Source: Vulcanimicrobiota bacterium (lineage in GTDB: Bacteria; Vulcanimicrobiota; Vulcanimicrobiia; Vulcanimicrobiales; Vulcanimicrobiaceae). Taken from it: 64,000 nt of DNA. Location: positions 96,001-160,000 of the forward strand of contig CAWAXX010000018.1 in assembly GCA_963786105.1 (NCBI GenBank), in the 5' to 3' direction. Of this stretch, positions 9,264-18,061 are shown piece after piece (within the stretch, counting starts at the first letter, position 1; the number at the start of each line of letters is the position of its first letter). Both the position numbers and the translations under genes were made by a program. Below the pieces are notes generated by a model, which worked only from the letters and a program-made list of their open reading frames with translations, searched no databases and was not told the origin of the DNA.

Positions 9264-10345
9264 AACCGTCTCTATTCTTTACCTACGCGATGGCGGTCGC
9301 CGCCGCGCTTTTGGTGATTTCGGGCTGTGGCGGCGCCGGCGGCAGCGGACCCGCGCCGGTCGCGATTTCGTCGCCGCCGCTGCCGACGCCGACGCCGCCC
9401 GCGCGCCGGCTCTACGTCGACCACAACGGGATTCTCTACGAGTACGCTTTGCCGCTGTCGTCGGCGTCAAAGCCGAAACGAACGCTGGTCGAAGCCCCCG
9501 GCTCGGGACTCCCGCCGCAGATCGCGGTCGATGCGTACGGCAAGATTGCCATCGCGACGCCGACGACGCTGCGCGTTTTCAATCCGCCGATCGATTCGTT
9601 CGCACCCTCGCGCGCAAAGTTGACGTTGACGCTCACACCCGCCATCACCGAAATCGGACAGTCGGGGGCCGATTTGGTCGACATCGAGTACGACCCGAAT
9701 CAGAACCTCTGGCTACTCAATAACCTCGGTGCCGAAATTACCGAACTCACCGCGCCGATATCCACTTCGAGCGTGGCAGCGCTGGCCATCGGCTTCGGCG
9801 CGCCCGGAAGCAAGACGTCCGGGTTTACGACGCTGCTGCAAGCGCGCTTCGACGTGAATGCGGCGCTCTACGTCTTCGCGGCTAATTCCACGCGCGCGTT
9901 GCTCTTCAAAATAAGCTTTCCGTATGCGAAACCGCCTTCGCCGACCGGTCTCGACGTGGGCAACGCCGATTTCGTCGACTCGAGCCAGTATCTCCCGACG
10001 AATCCGAACCCGATACCGGTAATCCTCGGGCAATACAATGGCCGGCTGACGTCGCCGCCGCCCGGATCGCCGCCGCCTCCGCCGATCGACCGGCTCGCGC
10101 AGTTTGCGGAGCCGCTGAACCCCGTACAAGGCCTCTTTCCCGATGCAACCGTCGATACGATCGTCGGGGCTCTGGTGGCCGATCCTCCGCGCAACGCTTT
10201 CTACACGCTCGACGCCATCACCGGACGCCTGAATCAGTGGGGTTTACCGCTGCGCAACCAGGCGACGCCGAAGCTTTCGCTGCCCTGCCTCGGCGGCAGC
10301 AGCAACTGCGTCTCGAAAGGCGAGCACCTCTTCCTCGCTCCCTAG
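9260..10345 (+). CDS. Hypothetical lipoprotein (beta-propeller-like)
   Basis: ATGA overlap. Lipobox ISG-C, Pro-rich linker, blade-like motifs IAVDAYGKIAI and IEYDPNQNLWL. Confidence 0.75.
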   Translation: MKPSLFFTYAMAVAAALLVISGCGGAGGSGPAPVAISSPPLPTPTPPARRLYVDHNGILYEYALPLSSASKPKRTLVEAPGSGLPPQIAVDAYGKIAIATPTTLRVFNPPIDSFAPSRAKLTLTLTPAITEIGQSGADLVDIEYDPNQNLWLLNNLGAEITELTAPISTSSVAALAIGFGAPGSKTSGFTTLLQARFDVNAALYVFAANSTRALLFKISFPYAKPPSPTGLDVGNADFVDSSQYLPTNPNPIPVILGQYNGRLTSPPPGSPPPPPIDRLAQFAEPLNPVQGLFPDATVDTIVGALVADPPRNAFYTLDAITGRLNQWGLPLRNQATPKLSLPCLGGSSNCVSKGEHLFLAP

Positions 10346-10350
10346 CCCTG

Positions 10351-10396
10351 TGTCATCCTGTGCGGAGCGAGCGTTAGCGAGCGGAGTCGAAGGACG
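10351..10396. repeat. REP-like palindromic repeat, copy 1 (TGTCATCCTG...GTCGAAGGACG)
   Basis: 42/46 identical to 37019-37064. Lies between convergent genes and contains the arsC stop codon. Confidence 0.85.
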
Positions 10397-10823
10397 CATC
10401 GCACACCTCGGTGCACCACGCCTTTACGGCATCGCGTATCTGGTCTCGAATGACCCGTGTCTGCGCGAGGCGTTCTTGCGCCGAACCCTGTAACGTTGCG
10501 GGATCCGCAAAGGTCCAATGAAGCCGTCGAGCCTTACCCGGGAACACCGGGCAGCGTTCGGCGTTGGTTTCGTCGCACACCGTAATCACGTACGAGTACG
10601 TCTTGCCGGACTTGAAAAGATCGAACGCACTCTTGGTCGCGTTCTTGGAAATGTCGATCCCCGCTTCTTGCATCACGGCAACCGCAAGCGGATCGAGCGT
10701 CCCGGGCTCCAGCCCGGCACTCTCGGCCGCGAATTCGTCCGGACAGATACTCGTAAGGAACGCTTCGGCCATTTGACTGCGGGCCGAGTTGCGCACGCAT
10801 ACGAACAGGACCTCGCGTTTCAT
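10374..10823 (-). CDS. arsC: Arsenate reductase, LMW-PTPase (thioredoxin) type
   Basis: VLFVCVRNSARSQMAE P-loop, TVCD...RCPVFPG redox Cys pair, HW.F.DP. Start MKREV follows SD GAAAGGA. Confidence 0.92.
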   Translation of the reverse strand: MKREVLFVCVRNSARSQMAEAFLTSICPDEFAAESAGLEPGTLDPLAVAVMQEAGIDISKNATKSAFDLFKSGKTYSYVITVCDETNAERCPVFPGKARRLHWTFADPATLQGSAQERLAQTRVIRDQIRDAVKAWCTEVCDASFDSAR

Positions 10824-10836
10824 ATGGGCCGTCCTT

Positions 10837-11547
10837 TCAGGTTGCACTCGATTTGCTGCCGCGAGGAAGCAAGACCGTGTCGATGCGGGACTCATTTTTC
10901 GGCGCTAGGAATCGAAAGAGAAACGTCGCGGCGACCGCACCTAGTAGCTCCGCGACGACGAACGCCGGTGCGTCCTGCGGCCGGATACCGGCAAACGTGT
11001 CCGACAACGAGCGGGCGATCGTCACGGCCGGGTTGGCGAACGATGTTGACGACGTAAACCAATACGCCGCCACGATGTAGGCCCCAACGGCGACGGGAAC
11101 GTAGGCCGAGCGAAAGCGCACGCAGCCCCAGATCACCAACAGCAAACCGAACGTCGCGACGAACTCGGCCAACCATTCGTTCGGGCCGCTACGGGCGCGG
11201 TGCGAAGCAAAGAAAAGCGGCAGCCCAAACATGGCGTTGGCAAGAGCGACCCCGGCAACGGCGCCAAAGAGTTGCGCTAGGACGTATACCGGCAGCTCGC
11301 GCCAAGGCAAACCTCTCTGCAAGGCGTTCGCCAGCGACACCGCGGGATTGAAATGCGCCCCCGATATGGATCCCAGCGCGGCGATCAAACACACCAAAAC
11401 CGCGCCGGTCGCGATCGTGTTCGCAAGAAGTGCAATGGCGAGATTCCCGCCGCTCAGCCGTTCCGCCATGATACCCGAACCGACGATGGCGGCCAAAAGA
11501 AACATCGTTCCCAACGCTTCCGCAGCGCTACGCCGAAGCAGCGTCAT
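10837..11547 (-). CDS. MIP/aquaporin-family channel (AqpS-like arsenite efflux)
   Basis: ISGAHFNPAV and SFANPAV (two NPA boxes). Located inside the ars operon. Confidence 0.9.
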   Translation of the reverse strand: MTLLRRSAAEALGTMFLLAAIVGSGIMAERLSGGNLAIALLANTIATGAVLVCLIAALGSISGAHFNPAVSLANALQRGLPWRELPVYVLAQLFGAVAGVALANAMFGLPLFFASHRARSGPNEWLAEFVATFGLLLVIWGCVRFRSAYVPVAVGAYIVAAYWFTSSTSFANPAVTIARSLSDTFAGIRPQDAPAFVVAELLGAVAATFLFRFLAPKNESRIDTVLLPRGSKSSAT

Positions 11548-11559
11548 TCTCCGCGCCAG

Positions 11560-11988
11560 CTACGCGACGCAACAAACGTGCGGTTCTTCGGCGACGCAGC
11601 ACGTCGTATCGCCGTCGCGCTCCAGCGTATCCTCTTGGACGGCGTAGACTTCCCAACGGCGGCCCGAAGGATCGATGGCCCACACCTTCGTTTGATTGGC
11701 ATAGCAGCAGGTCGCCTCGCGTTCGATCGAGGAAACGAGGCCCGCGACTTCGAGGCGGGCTATGGCCCGCTCTACGTCGGCGACCGCGTCGACGCATATG
11801 CCGTAATGCGCGTCGGTTGATGCGGAAACCGAGTCGGTCAGGTCGAGCGCCAGCTCCAGTCCGGGCTGCTCGGTAACGAACAGGGCATAATCGGAGAAGA
11901 GCTTCACCGGCGCCGCATCGAGCAGCGTCGAGTAGAATGCGACGCTGCCCGCCAGATCGCCGGTCGCGAGATTCAGATGAACTTTCAT
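11560..11988 (-). CDS. arsI: ArsI/CadI-family VOC protein (organoarsenical C-As lyase-like)
   Basis: HLNL...FYSTL, H.G, TCCYANQTKVWAIDPSGRRWEVY signature. Confidence 0.85.
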   Translation of the reverse strand: MKVHLNLATGDLAGSVAFYSTLLDAAPVKLFSDYALFVTEQPGLELALDLTDSVSASTDAHYGICVDAVADVERAIARLEVAGLVSSIEREATCCYANQTKVWAIDPSGRRWEVYAVQEDTLERDGDTTCCVAEEPHVCCVA

Positions 11989-12314
11989 GCTTCGACTTTC
12001 TGTTGCAAGACCTCAGCGAGGACATCGTTGAGCCGTACGAGCGCGTCCGCGGCCAAGCGATAATAGACCCACGTTCCACGCCGCTCGCACGTCACTAAGC
12101 GCGCGTCGCGCAAGACGCGGAGATGATGCGACACGGTGGGCTGGTTCAACGGTAGCGCCGCCGTGAAATCGCAAACGCATACCTCATCCGCAGATGCCAA
12201 GGTCGCGAGAATCGTGAGCCGATAAGGGTCGCCGAGCGCCCTAAAAAGTGCAGCGCCCGGCTCGAACCCTGCCCGAACGATCTTTGCCGGAGGACAGCAT
12301 CGCTGTATCGACAT
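11985..12314 (-). CDS. arsR: ArsR/SmtB-family metalloregulator
   Basis: FRALGDPYRL, EVCVCD, QPTVSHHLRVL, RRGTWVYY. N-terminal CC pair. Confidence 0.93.
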   Translation of the reverse strand: MSIQRCCPPAKIVRAGFEPGAALFRALGDPYRLTILATLASADEVCVCDFTAALPLNQPTVSHHLRVLRDARLVTCERRGTWVYYRLAADALVRLNDVLAEVLQQKVEA

Positions 12315-12351
12315 TCCTCGATTCTAGGCAACTGCATCGAACTTTGTCAAT
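12307..12351 (-). promoter_or_regulatory. ars promoter with two ArsR-type operators
   Basis: Minus strand TTGACA-N18-TAGAAT-N6-ATG. Inverted repeats ATCGA-N6-TCGAT (12307-12322) and ATCGA-N6-TCAAT (12336-12351). Confidence 0.75.
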
Positions 12352-12361
12352 ACAGCATCGC

Positions 12362-12389
12362 AAAAAAAAAAGCCCGCCGTTAGGCGGGC
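12362..12389 (-). terminator. Rho-independent terminator of clpX
   Basis: GCCCGCC-TAAC-GGCGGGC hairpin with the clpX stop in the loop, followed by T10 on the minus strand. Confidence 0.9.
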
Positions 12390-13639
12390 ATGTCCTTTTT
12401 CTGCTCTTGCTGATAGATGAGCGTCGGCGACTCTTTCTTCTCGATCACGTCCTTGTTGACGATGCACTTCTTGACGCCTTGCAACGACGGCAAATCGTAC
12501 ATGACCTCCAGCATCGTTTCCTCGAGAATCGAACGGAGTCCGCGCGCGCCGGTCTTGCGGCTTTGCGCCTTGATCGCGATCGCAACCAGGGCCTCCTTCG
12601 TGAACTGGAGGTCGACGCCGTCCATATTCATGATCTTCTGGAACTGGCGTACCAGCGCGTTGCGCGGCTCGGTCAAGATCCGCCGCAGCGCCAACTCGTC
12701 GAGCGCGTCGAGGGTTACCACGATCGGCAACCGTCCGATGAACTCCGGGATCAGCCCGAACTTCAAGAGATCCTCCGGCATCAACTGCTGAAGCAGCTTG
12801 CCGATGCGCGCGTCCCGCTTGCCTTCGGGCTGCGCGCGAAACCCCATGTTGTTCGCCGCAACGCGCGACTCGATAATCCGTTCCAGTCCATCGAACGCGC
12901 CACCGCAGATGAACAGCACGTTGGTGGTGTCGATCTGGATGAACTCCTGATGCGGGTGCTTGCGCCCACCCTGCGGCGGAACGTTGGCGGTCGTTCCCTC
13001 GAGAATCTTGAGAAGCGCCTGCTGCACGCCTTCGCCGGAGACGTCGCGCGTGATCGACGGGTTCTCGCTTTTGCGAGCAATCTTATCGATCTCATCGATG
13101 TAGACGATCCCCTTTTCGGCGCGCTTGACGTCGTAGTCGGCCGCCTGGATCAGCTTGAGGAGAATATTTTCGACGTCTTCTCCCACGTAGCCGGCTTCCG
13201 TGAGCGACGTCGCATCGGCCATCGCCAGCGGAACGTCGAGAATTTTTGCGAGGGTTTGCGCCAGATATGTCTTGCCCGATCCGGTCGGACCCACCAGCAG
13301 AATGTTCGACTTTTGCAGTTCGACGTCGTCGGTTCCGCCGGCGTTGATGCGCTTGTAGTGGTTGTACACCGCTACCGCGAGCGATTTCTTTGCCCGCTCC
13401 TGACCGATGACGTACTGGTTGAGGATGTGATTTATTTCTTTGGGCTTGGGGATGTTGCGCAAGCGCAGGTTCTCGTCGACGTTCTTGTAGAGCTCTTCTT
13501 CGATGATCTCGTTGCAGAGCTCGATGCATTCGTCGCAAATGTAGACCCCGGGGCCCGCGATCAACTTGCGCACTTGCTCCTGCGATTTTCCGCAGAAGCT
13601 GCACTTCAGCTGACCTTTTTCATCTCCAAAGCGGAACAT
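12380..13639 (-). CDS. clpX: ATP-dependent Clp protease ATP-binding subunit
   Basis: CSFCGKSQ zinc finger, [27 protein letters not shown]. Confidence 0.99.
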   Translation of the reverse strand: MFRFGDEKGQLKCSFCGKSQEQVRKLIAGPGVYICDECIELCNEIIEEELYKNVDENLRLRNIPKPKEINHILNQYVIGQERAKKSLAVAVYNHYKRINAGGTDDVELQKSNILLVGPTGSGKTYLAQTLAKILDVPLAMADATSLTEAGYVGEDVENILLKLIQAADYDVKRAEKGIVYIDEIDKIARKSENPSITRDVSGEGVQQALLKILEGTTANVPPQGGRKHPHQEFIQIDTTNVLFICGGAFDGLERIIESRVAANNMGFRAQPEGKRDARIGKLLQQLMPEDLLKFGLIPEFIGRLPIVVTLDALDELALRRILTEPRNALVRQFQKIMNMDGVDLQFTKEALVAIAIKAQSRKTGARGLRSILEETMLEVMYDLPSLQGVKKCIVNKDVIEKKESPTLIYQQEQKKDMPA

Positions 13640-13667
13640 CTGCGCGCGGGTTTCCTCCTCGATCCCT

Positions 13668-14276
13668 CTAGGCCGGCGCCGGCAAGCTGTGACGGTCTTC
13701 GAGAATCTGGTCGATTATCCCGTAATCCTTCGCTTCCTCAGCCGTCATGTAATAGTCCCGGTCGATGTCCCGCAACACTTGCTCCAGCGGCTTTTTGGTG
13801 GTTTCTTCGTAGATTCGTGCGACCGTCTGCCGGGTCGCGATCAGGTCGCGCGCGGCGATTTCTACGTCGGTGGCCTGGCCGCCGATCTGCGATACCCACG
13901 GCTGATGGATCAGAATCTTCGCGTGCGGAAGAGCGTAGCGCTTGCCGGCGGCGCCGCCCGTGAGCAGAATCGAGCCCATAGAAGCAGCCATGCCCATGCA
14001 TATCGTGGCCACGTCGGGCTTGATGAACCGCATCGCATCGAACATCGCGAGGCCTGCGGTCACGCTGCCGCCCGGCGAGTTCACGTACATGTCGATGTCC
14101 TTGTCGGGGTCTTCTTTCTCCAAGAACAGCAACTGCGCGATCGCGAGGTTGGCGAGGTGATCGTCGATCGGACCGCCCACGAAAACGATCCGGTCTTTGA
14201 GCAGGCGCGAATAGATGTCGTACGCGCGTTCGCCGCGTGCCGTTTGCTCGACGACCATAGGAACCAGGTGTCCCAT
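13668..14276 (-). CDS. clpP: Clp protease proteolytic subunit
   Basis: DIYSRLL, NSPGGSV, AASMG, IHQP. Confidence 0.99.
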   Translation of the reverse strand: MGHLVPMVVEQTARGERAYDIYSRLLKDRIVFVGGPIDDHLANLAIAQLLFLEKEDPDKDIDMYVNSPGGSVTAGLAMFDAMRFIKPDVATICMGMAASMGSILLTGGAAGKRYALPHAKILIHQPWVSQIGGQATDVEIAARDLIATRQTVARIYEETTKKPLEQVLRDIDRDYYMTAEEAKDYGIIDQILEDRHSLPAPA

Positions 14277-14369
14277 ATCCTTCTTTACTCTTTCCTTCTT
14301 ATTGGTAAGCCGCCTCAGGGCGCTCGCCTGCTGTAACTACGACGCCGGCCCTAGGGTTTCTTCGTGATA

Positions 14370-15662
14370 CTATTCGGGACTCGTGACCTCGGCGTGGTCG
14401 ACGAGGAACTCAAGCGTCTTGTTCCTGACGATGCCTTCCATCAGCGACAACACATTGCTGCCCAGCGCTTTGCGTACCTTGGCAACCGGCTGCCGGTACT
14501 GCCGCGCCAACGCGTCGAGTTCTTCGGCGATATCCGCCGGCGTTGCGACGATGTTTTCCTTTTTCGCAATTTGCTCCACGAGCAGGGTGGTCTTGACGCG
14601 CACTTGCGCATCGGCCCGGTACTGTGCGCGCAGCTCTTCCTCGCTTTTTCCGAGCTGTACCAGATATTGCTCGAACTCGACACCGGCGCGCGCGGCCGCC
14701 GAAGCGGCGTCGTTCATGAGGTGATCGAGTTCCGCGTCGACCATCGTTTCCGGAAGCGCGAAGTCGTGCTCGCGTACGAGCGAATCGAGGACCGCGTTGG
14801 CGACGCCGCGGCGTTCGCGCGACGCGGAGATCGCTTCGAGCCGCCGTCGAACGTCGGCGCGCAGCTCTGCGACGGTGCGGTTGTCGGATACGCTCGCCGC
14901 GAATTCGTCGTCGATCTCGGGCAAGTCGAACCGTTTGACGTCGCGCAGCGCCACCGTAAATACGGCGTCTTTTCCGGCAAGCTCCGGCTGCGCGTAGCCG
15001 TCGGGGAACTGCGCCGCGACGTCCTTGGTTTCGCCGGCGCTCATGCCGACGATTCCCGCCACGAACCCCGGGATGAAACGCCCTTCGGTCAGCTCGGTCG
15101 ATTCGCCGGACGCGCTCCCACCCTCGAAGACGACGCCATCGATTTTCCCCTCGTAATCGAGCGTGACCACGTCGCCCAGTTGAGCGGGACGCTCGACCGG
15201 AACGAGCATCGCGCGCTCCTTCGCCAAGGCCTGCAGGCTACGTTCGACGTCGTCGTCGGTTACGACGACCGCCGGTCGGCTAACCGGAACCCCCTTGTAT
15301 TGTTGCAGAACGATCTCGGGACGCACTTCGACGGTCGCCTTCACCCGGGTGGGGCGCCCGTCGGTTTCTTCCAGCACTTCCATCTTGGGGCGGTTAACCG
15401 GCTCGAGGTCATGCTCGCGGACCGCCTTGGCGTACACCTCCGGCACGACTTCTTCCACCGCTTGGCTGGTGATGGCGTTGGAACCGTAGGCTTGCTCGAA
15501 AACCTTTCTCGGCACTTTACCCTGGCGAAACCCGGGCAGGCGCACGTTCTTGACCAGCTTGCGAAACGCGCGCTCCTCGGCAGCCGCCAGCTCGTCCAGG
15601 CCGATTGGAATTTCGAGCTCCACCTGGGTCGGGGCGAGTCGGGTCATCGTCGAGGTGGACAG
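14370..15662 (-). CDS. tig: Trigger factor
   Basis: PGFRQGKVP ribosome-binding motif and FKBP domain; sits upstream of clpP. Start is CTG 15662 (fits the SD) or ATG 15647. Confidence 0.96.
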   Translation of the reverse strand: MSTSTMTRLAPTQVELEIPIGLDELAAAEERAFRKLVKNVRLPGFRQGKVPRKVFEQAYGSNAITSQAVEEVVPEVYAKAVREHDLEPVNRPKMEVLEETDGRPTRVKATVEVRPEIVLQQYKGVPVSRPAVVVTDDDVERSLQALAKERAMLVPVERPAQLGDVVTLDYEGKIDGVVFEGGSASGESTELTEGRFIPGFVAGIVGMSAGETKDVAAQFPDGYAQPELAGKDAVFTVALRDVKRFDLPEIDDEFAASVSDNRTVAELRADVRRRLEAISASRERRGVANAVLDSLVREHDFALPETMVDAELDHLMNDAASAAARAGVEFEQYLVQLGKSEEELRAQYRADAQVRVKTTLLVEQIAKKENIVATPADIAEELDALARQYRQPVAKVRKALGSNVLSLMEGIVRNKTLEFLVDHAEVTSPE

Positions 15663-15711
15663 GTCGGCTGTGCTCCTATAAAGGCGTGCATTGGCGTCGG
15701 CCTTCGCCTGC

Positions 15712-15740
15712 AAACGAGGGGCCCCTGGAGGGGCCCCTCG
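15712..15740 (-). terminator. Perfect 11-bp hairpin after tRNA-Gly (weak terminator or processing signal)
   Basis: CGAGGGGCCCC-N4-GGGGCCCCTCG followed by only TTT on the minus strand. Confidence 0.5.
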
Positions 15741-15750
15741 CGCCAAGCGA

Positions 15751-15825
15751 TGGAGCGGAAGACGAGATTCGAACTCGCGACCCTCGCCTTGGCAAGGCGA
15801 TGCTCTACCACTGAGCTACTTCCGC
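15751..15825 (-). tRNA. tRNA-Gly(GCC)
   Basis: GCGGAAGTAGCTCAGTGG...CTTGCCAAG...GTTCGAATC...CTTCCGCTCCA cloverleaf, CCA encoded. Confidence 0.97.
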
Positions 15826-15854
15826 ACGTCGCTACCGATCGCTTTGGACCGGCG

Positions 15855-15936
15855 TGGGCAAGCAGAGACTCGAACTCTGACGGGTTGCCCCACTGGAACC
15901 TAAATCCAGCGCGTCTGCCAGTTCCGCCACATGCCC
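15855..15936 (-). tRNA. tRNA-Leu(TAG)
   Basis: GGGCATGTGGCGGAACTGGCAGACGCG, anticodon loop TTTAGGT, long variable arm, no CCA. Confidence 0.95.
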
Positions 15937-16021
15937 TGCTCGCTGGTTCGCGGCGAACCCCGTTAAATAGAACGCCTCGGGTGCTTTTCCTCCCCGTGTT
16001 ATTTCAAGGCGAAAGCGGCTG

Positions 16022-16555
16022 CTACCGCGTGACGTAAACCGGTAGCTTCTGATTTTTGGGGCAGCTCGCGTTCGAGCACTTCACGCTGAGCAACTGATAG
16101 TAGTGGGCGGGTTTGATCGTCTTCGAAGCCGTGACCGTTTCGGTGGTCGGGTTGCCGGGGTTAGGCTTGAATGAACCCTTTAATCCCGGATTGCTCATCT
16201 TCGTCGACCACTGAACTTTCCCGCACGATATTTTTTTCGATCCTCGCTTGCACGTGACTTGGATCTTTAGTTGGCTCGAACGTCCTTGCTTCACGCAAAT
16301 CAGAGGAAACTTAGGATGCAAGCATGGATTCGAGTTTTCCGTTTCGGCCGGAACGGCTTCCGGCTCGGTCGAAGCGCCGCTGAGGACTCCCTGCGCCGCC
16401 GAGGAATCTGGCGTCGATTGCGACCATTGGTTTGCAAGATTCGCGCCGCCGCCGCTTGGCACGGTGCCGGCGCCCGAGCAACCGGCGATGAGAAGCGAAA
16501 AGGCCGCGGCGCCAAGCGCGTAGCGGGCAGCGCGAACGTTGTCGTGGAGTTTCAC
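16022..16555 (-). CDS. Hypothetical Lys/Cys-rich lipoprotein
   Basis: SD GGAGG 5 nt before GTG 16555. Lipobox IAG-C, then a basic beta-rich domain with six Cys. Confidence 0.7.
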   Translation of the reverse strand: MKLHDNVRAARYALGAAAFSLLIAGCSGAGTVPSGGGANLANQWSQSTPDSSAAQGVLSGASTEPEAVPAETENSNPCLHPKFPLICVKQGRSSQLKIQVTCKRGSKKISCGKVQWSTKMSNPGLKGSFKPNPGNPTTETVTASKTIKPAHYYQLLSVKCSNASCPKNQKLPVYVTR

Positions 16556-16597
16556 CGGAGCCTCCAATGCGGAAATCCGCAAAAGCAGCGAGAGGTA

Positions 16598-16672
16598 TGG
16601 TGCACCGCGAGGGACTTGAACCCCCAACCAAGTGATTAAGAGTCACCTGCTCTACCATTGAGCTAGCGGTGC
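16598..16672 (-). tRNA. tRNA-Lys(CTT)
   Basis: Anticodon arm GGTGA-CTCTTAA-TCACT, T-loop TTCAAGT, CCA encoded. Confidence 0.95.
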
Positions 16673-16678
16673 AAAACG

Positions 16679-16751
16679 TGCGCCCTCCGGGACTCGAACC
16701 CGGGACCAACGGCTTAAAAGGCCGCTGCTCTACCGACTGAGCTAAAGGCGC
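16679..16751 (-). tRNA. tRNA-Lys(TTT)
   Basis: Anticodon arm GCGGC-CTTTTAA-GCCGT, GGTTCGAGTCC. Confidence 0.95.
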
Positions 16752-16806
16752 TCGCGCGGTTTTGAGCCCTCGACTTTACGCAGCCTCCGGTCGGGCGTCC
16801 TGCGAA

Positions 16807-16884
16807 TGGGGTGACCGACGGGAATTGAACCCGCGACCTCTCGAGTCACAGTCGAGCGCTCTGACCAGCTGAGCTACGGTCACC
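16807..16884 (-). tRNA. tRNA-His(GTG)
   Basis: CTCGA-CTGTGAC-TCGAG, G-1 present, CCA encoded. Extended -10 TGCTAGAAT at 16897-16905. Confidence 0.96.
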
Positions 16885-16931
16885 ACGATGTCGTCGATTC
16901 TAGCACGGCTCCGCGAAAGCCGGCGACCACT

Positions 16932-17005
<74 letters not shown>

Positions 17006-17055
17006 CTATCGGGGGCACGGCGCCCCGGTTAGAGTACCATGCCCGGGCAAGTGCG

Positions 17056-17133
17056 TGGTCGGGACGAGAAGATTCGAACTTCCGGCCTTTCGCTCCCAAA
17101 GCGAACGCTCTAACCAAGCTGAGCTACGTCCCG
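17056..17133 (-). tRNA. tRNA-Pro(TGG)
   Basis: CGGGACGTAGCTCAG, TTCGC-TTTGGGA-GCGAA, CCA encoded. Confidence 0.96.
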
Positions 17134-17217
17134 GCGCGGCGCTGCCGCCCGCCAAACTGACGAGCCGCTTTCCGTTGGTGGCAATTCTCTCCTCTACCGA
17201 TTCACCGCTACTTCTAC

Positions 17218-18060
17218 TTAGAATAGCAATTGATGGTAACCGACGTAGTTGGCGAGATCCGGCAACGGTTCGTCACGGGCAATGGTGAATGCATCTTGGA
17301 TTTGTAAGCCTGCTTGAAGCGCAGCGCGGGCGATCCGAACGTTTGAGCCGGGAACGAGCGCCGTGCACCACGTCGCGCCGTGCGTTCGCGCGAGCGTGAC
17401 GAGTTCGAACGCAAGGATCTGCACGAGATACGCCGCAGAACTCGCCGCCAGCGGCCCGATCCGGCCGTCGGGCCAGACGTACGCGTAGGCGACGAACTCG
17501 CCGTTTAGGAAGAACGCTTGTCCTGCGGCATCCCGCGCGAACCTTTCGTGATCGCTTGGCCGAACGACGCCGCGCGTCTCCCGATCCAGCGCATTGAGGC
17601 CGAAGGCGTGCGCCGTCGGATCGATCGTGTCGACGGCGAACCGGTAATCCCCGGCCGCCATACGCATGAGGCTTTCTTCGCGCGGAATCGCGCCGGCTAG
17701 GCGAACCACCAGCGCGCGAGGCGAGATGCCGCGGCGCAACGCGAGAGCCAGCCCGGCGGAATCGGCCGGATCCAGCACGACGGCGCGAGCGGCGTCGCCC
17801 GCATCGGCGAAAACGGCGTCGAGAAGTTTGCCGCCGAGACCCTGTCCGCGATAGGACGGTTCCAAGAAGAGTTGGCCGGTGTATCGCTCGTCTCCAGAGC
17901 CGTGTGCGACCGCCAAGCCGACGGTTTCGCTTTCGTCGCGCGCAATCCACGCCATCCCGACAACCGCCGCTTGAAGTCCAAGCTCGAGGCTGGTTTCGTC
18001 GACCGCCCTCCGGCGAAGCAGCGTGCGTACGTCGTCGACGCCGGCGAGACCGATCGTCAT
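17218..18060 (-). CDS. GNAT-family N-acetyltransferase (tandem GNAT)
   Basis: LFLEPSYRGQGLGGKLL motif A; second domain with GRIGPLAA. ATG 1 nt after the rdgB stop. Confidence 0.85.
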   Translation of the reverse strand: MTIGLAGVDDVRTLLRRRAVDETSLELGLQAAVVGMAWIARDESETVGLAVAHGSGDERYTGQLFLEPSYRGQGLGGKLLDAVFADAGDAARAVVLDPADSAGLALALRRGISPRALVVRLAGAIPREESLMRMAAGDYRFAVDTIDPTAHAFGLNALDRETRGVVRPSDHERFARDAAGQAFFLNGEFVAYAYVWPDGRIGPLAASSAAYLVQILAFELVTLARTHGATWCTALVPGSNVRIARAALQAGLQIQDAFTIARDEPLPDLANYVGYHQLLF

Positions 18061-18061
18061 C

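Noticed and set aside
15855..15936. U-U mismatch in the tRNA-Leu acceptor stem as a sign of a pseudogene or editing
   Set aside because: A single mismatch is tolerated and the other arms are intact.
12248..16037. Long plus-strand ORFs 12248-13963 and 14364-16037
   Set aside because: Antisense shadows of clpX/clpP and tig/tRNAs; common in GC-rich DNA and without motifs.
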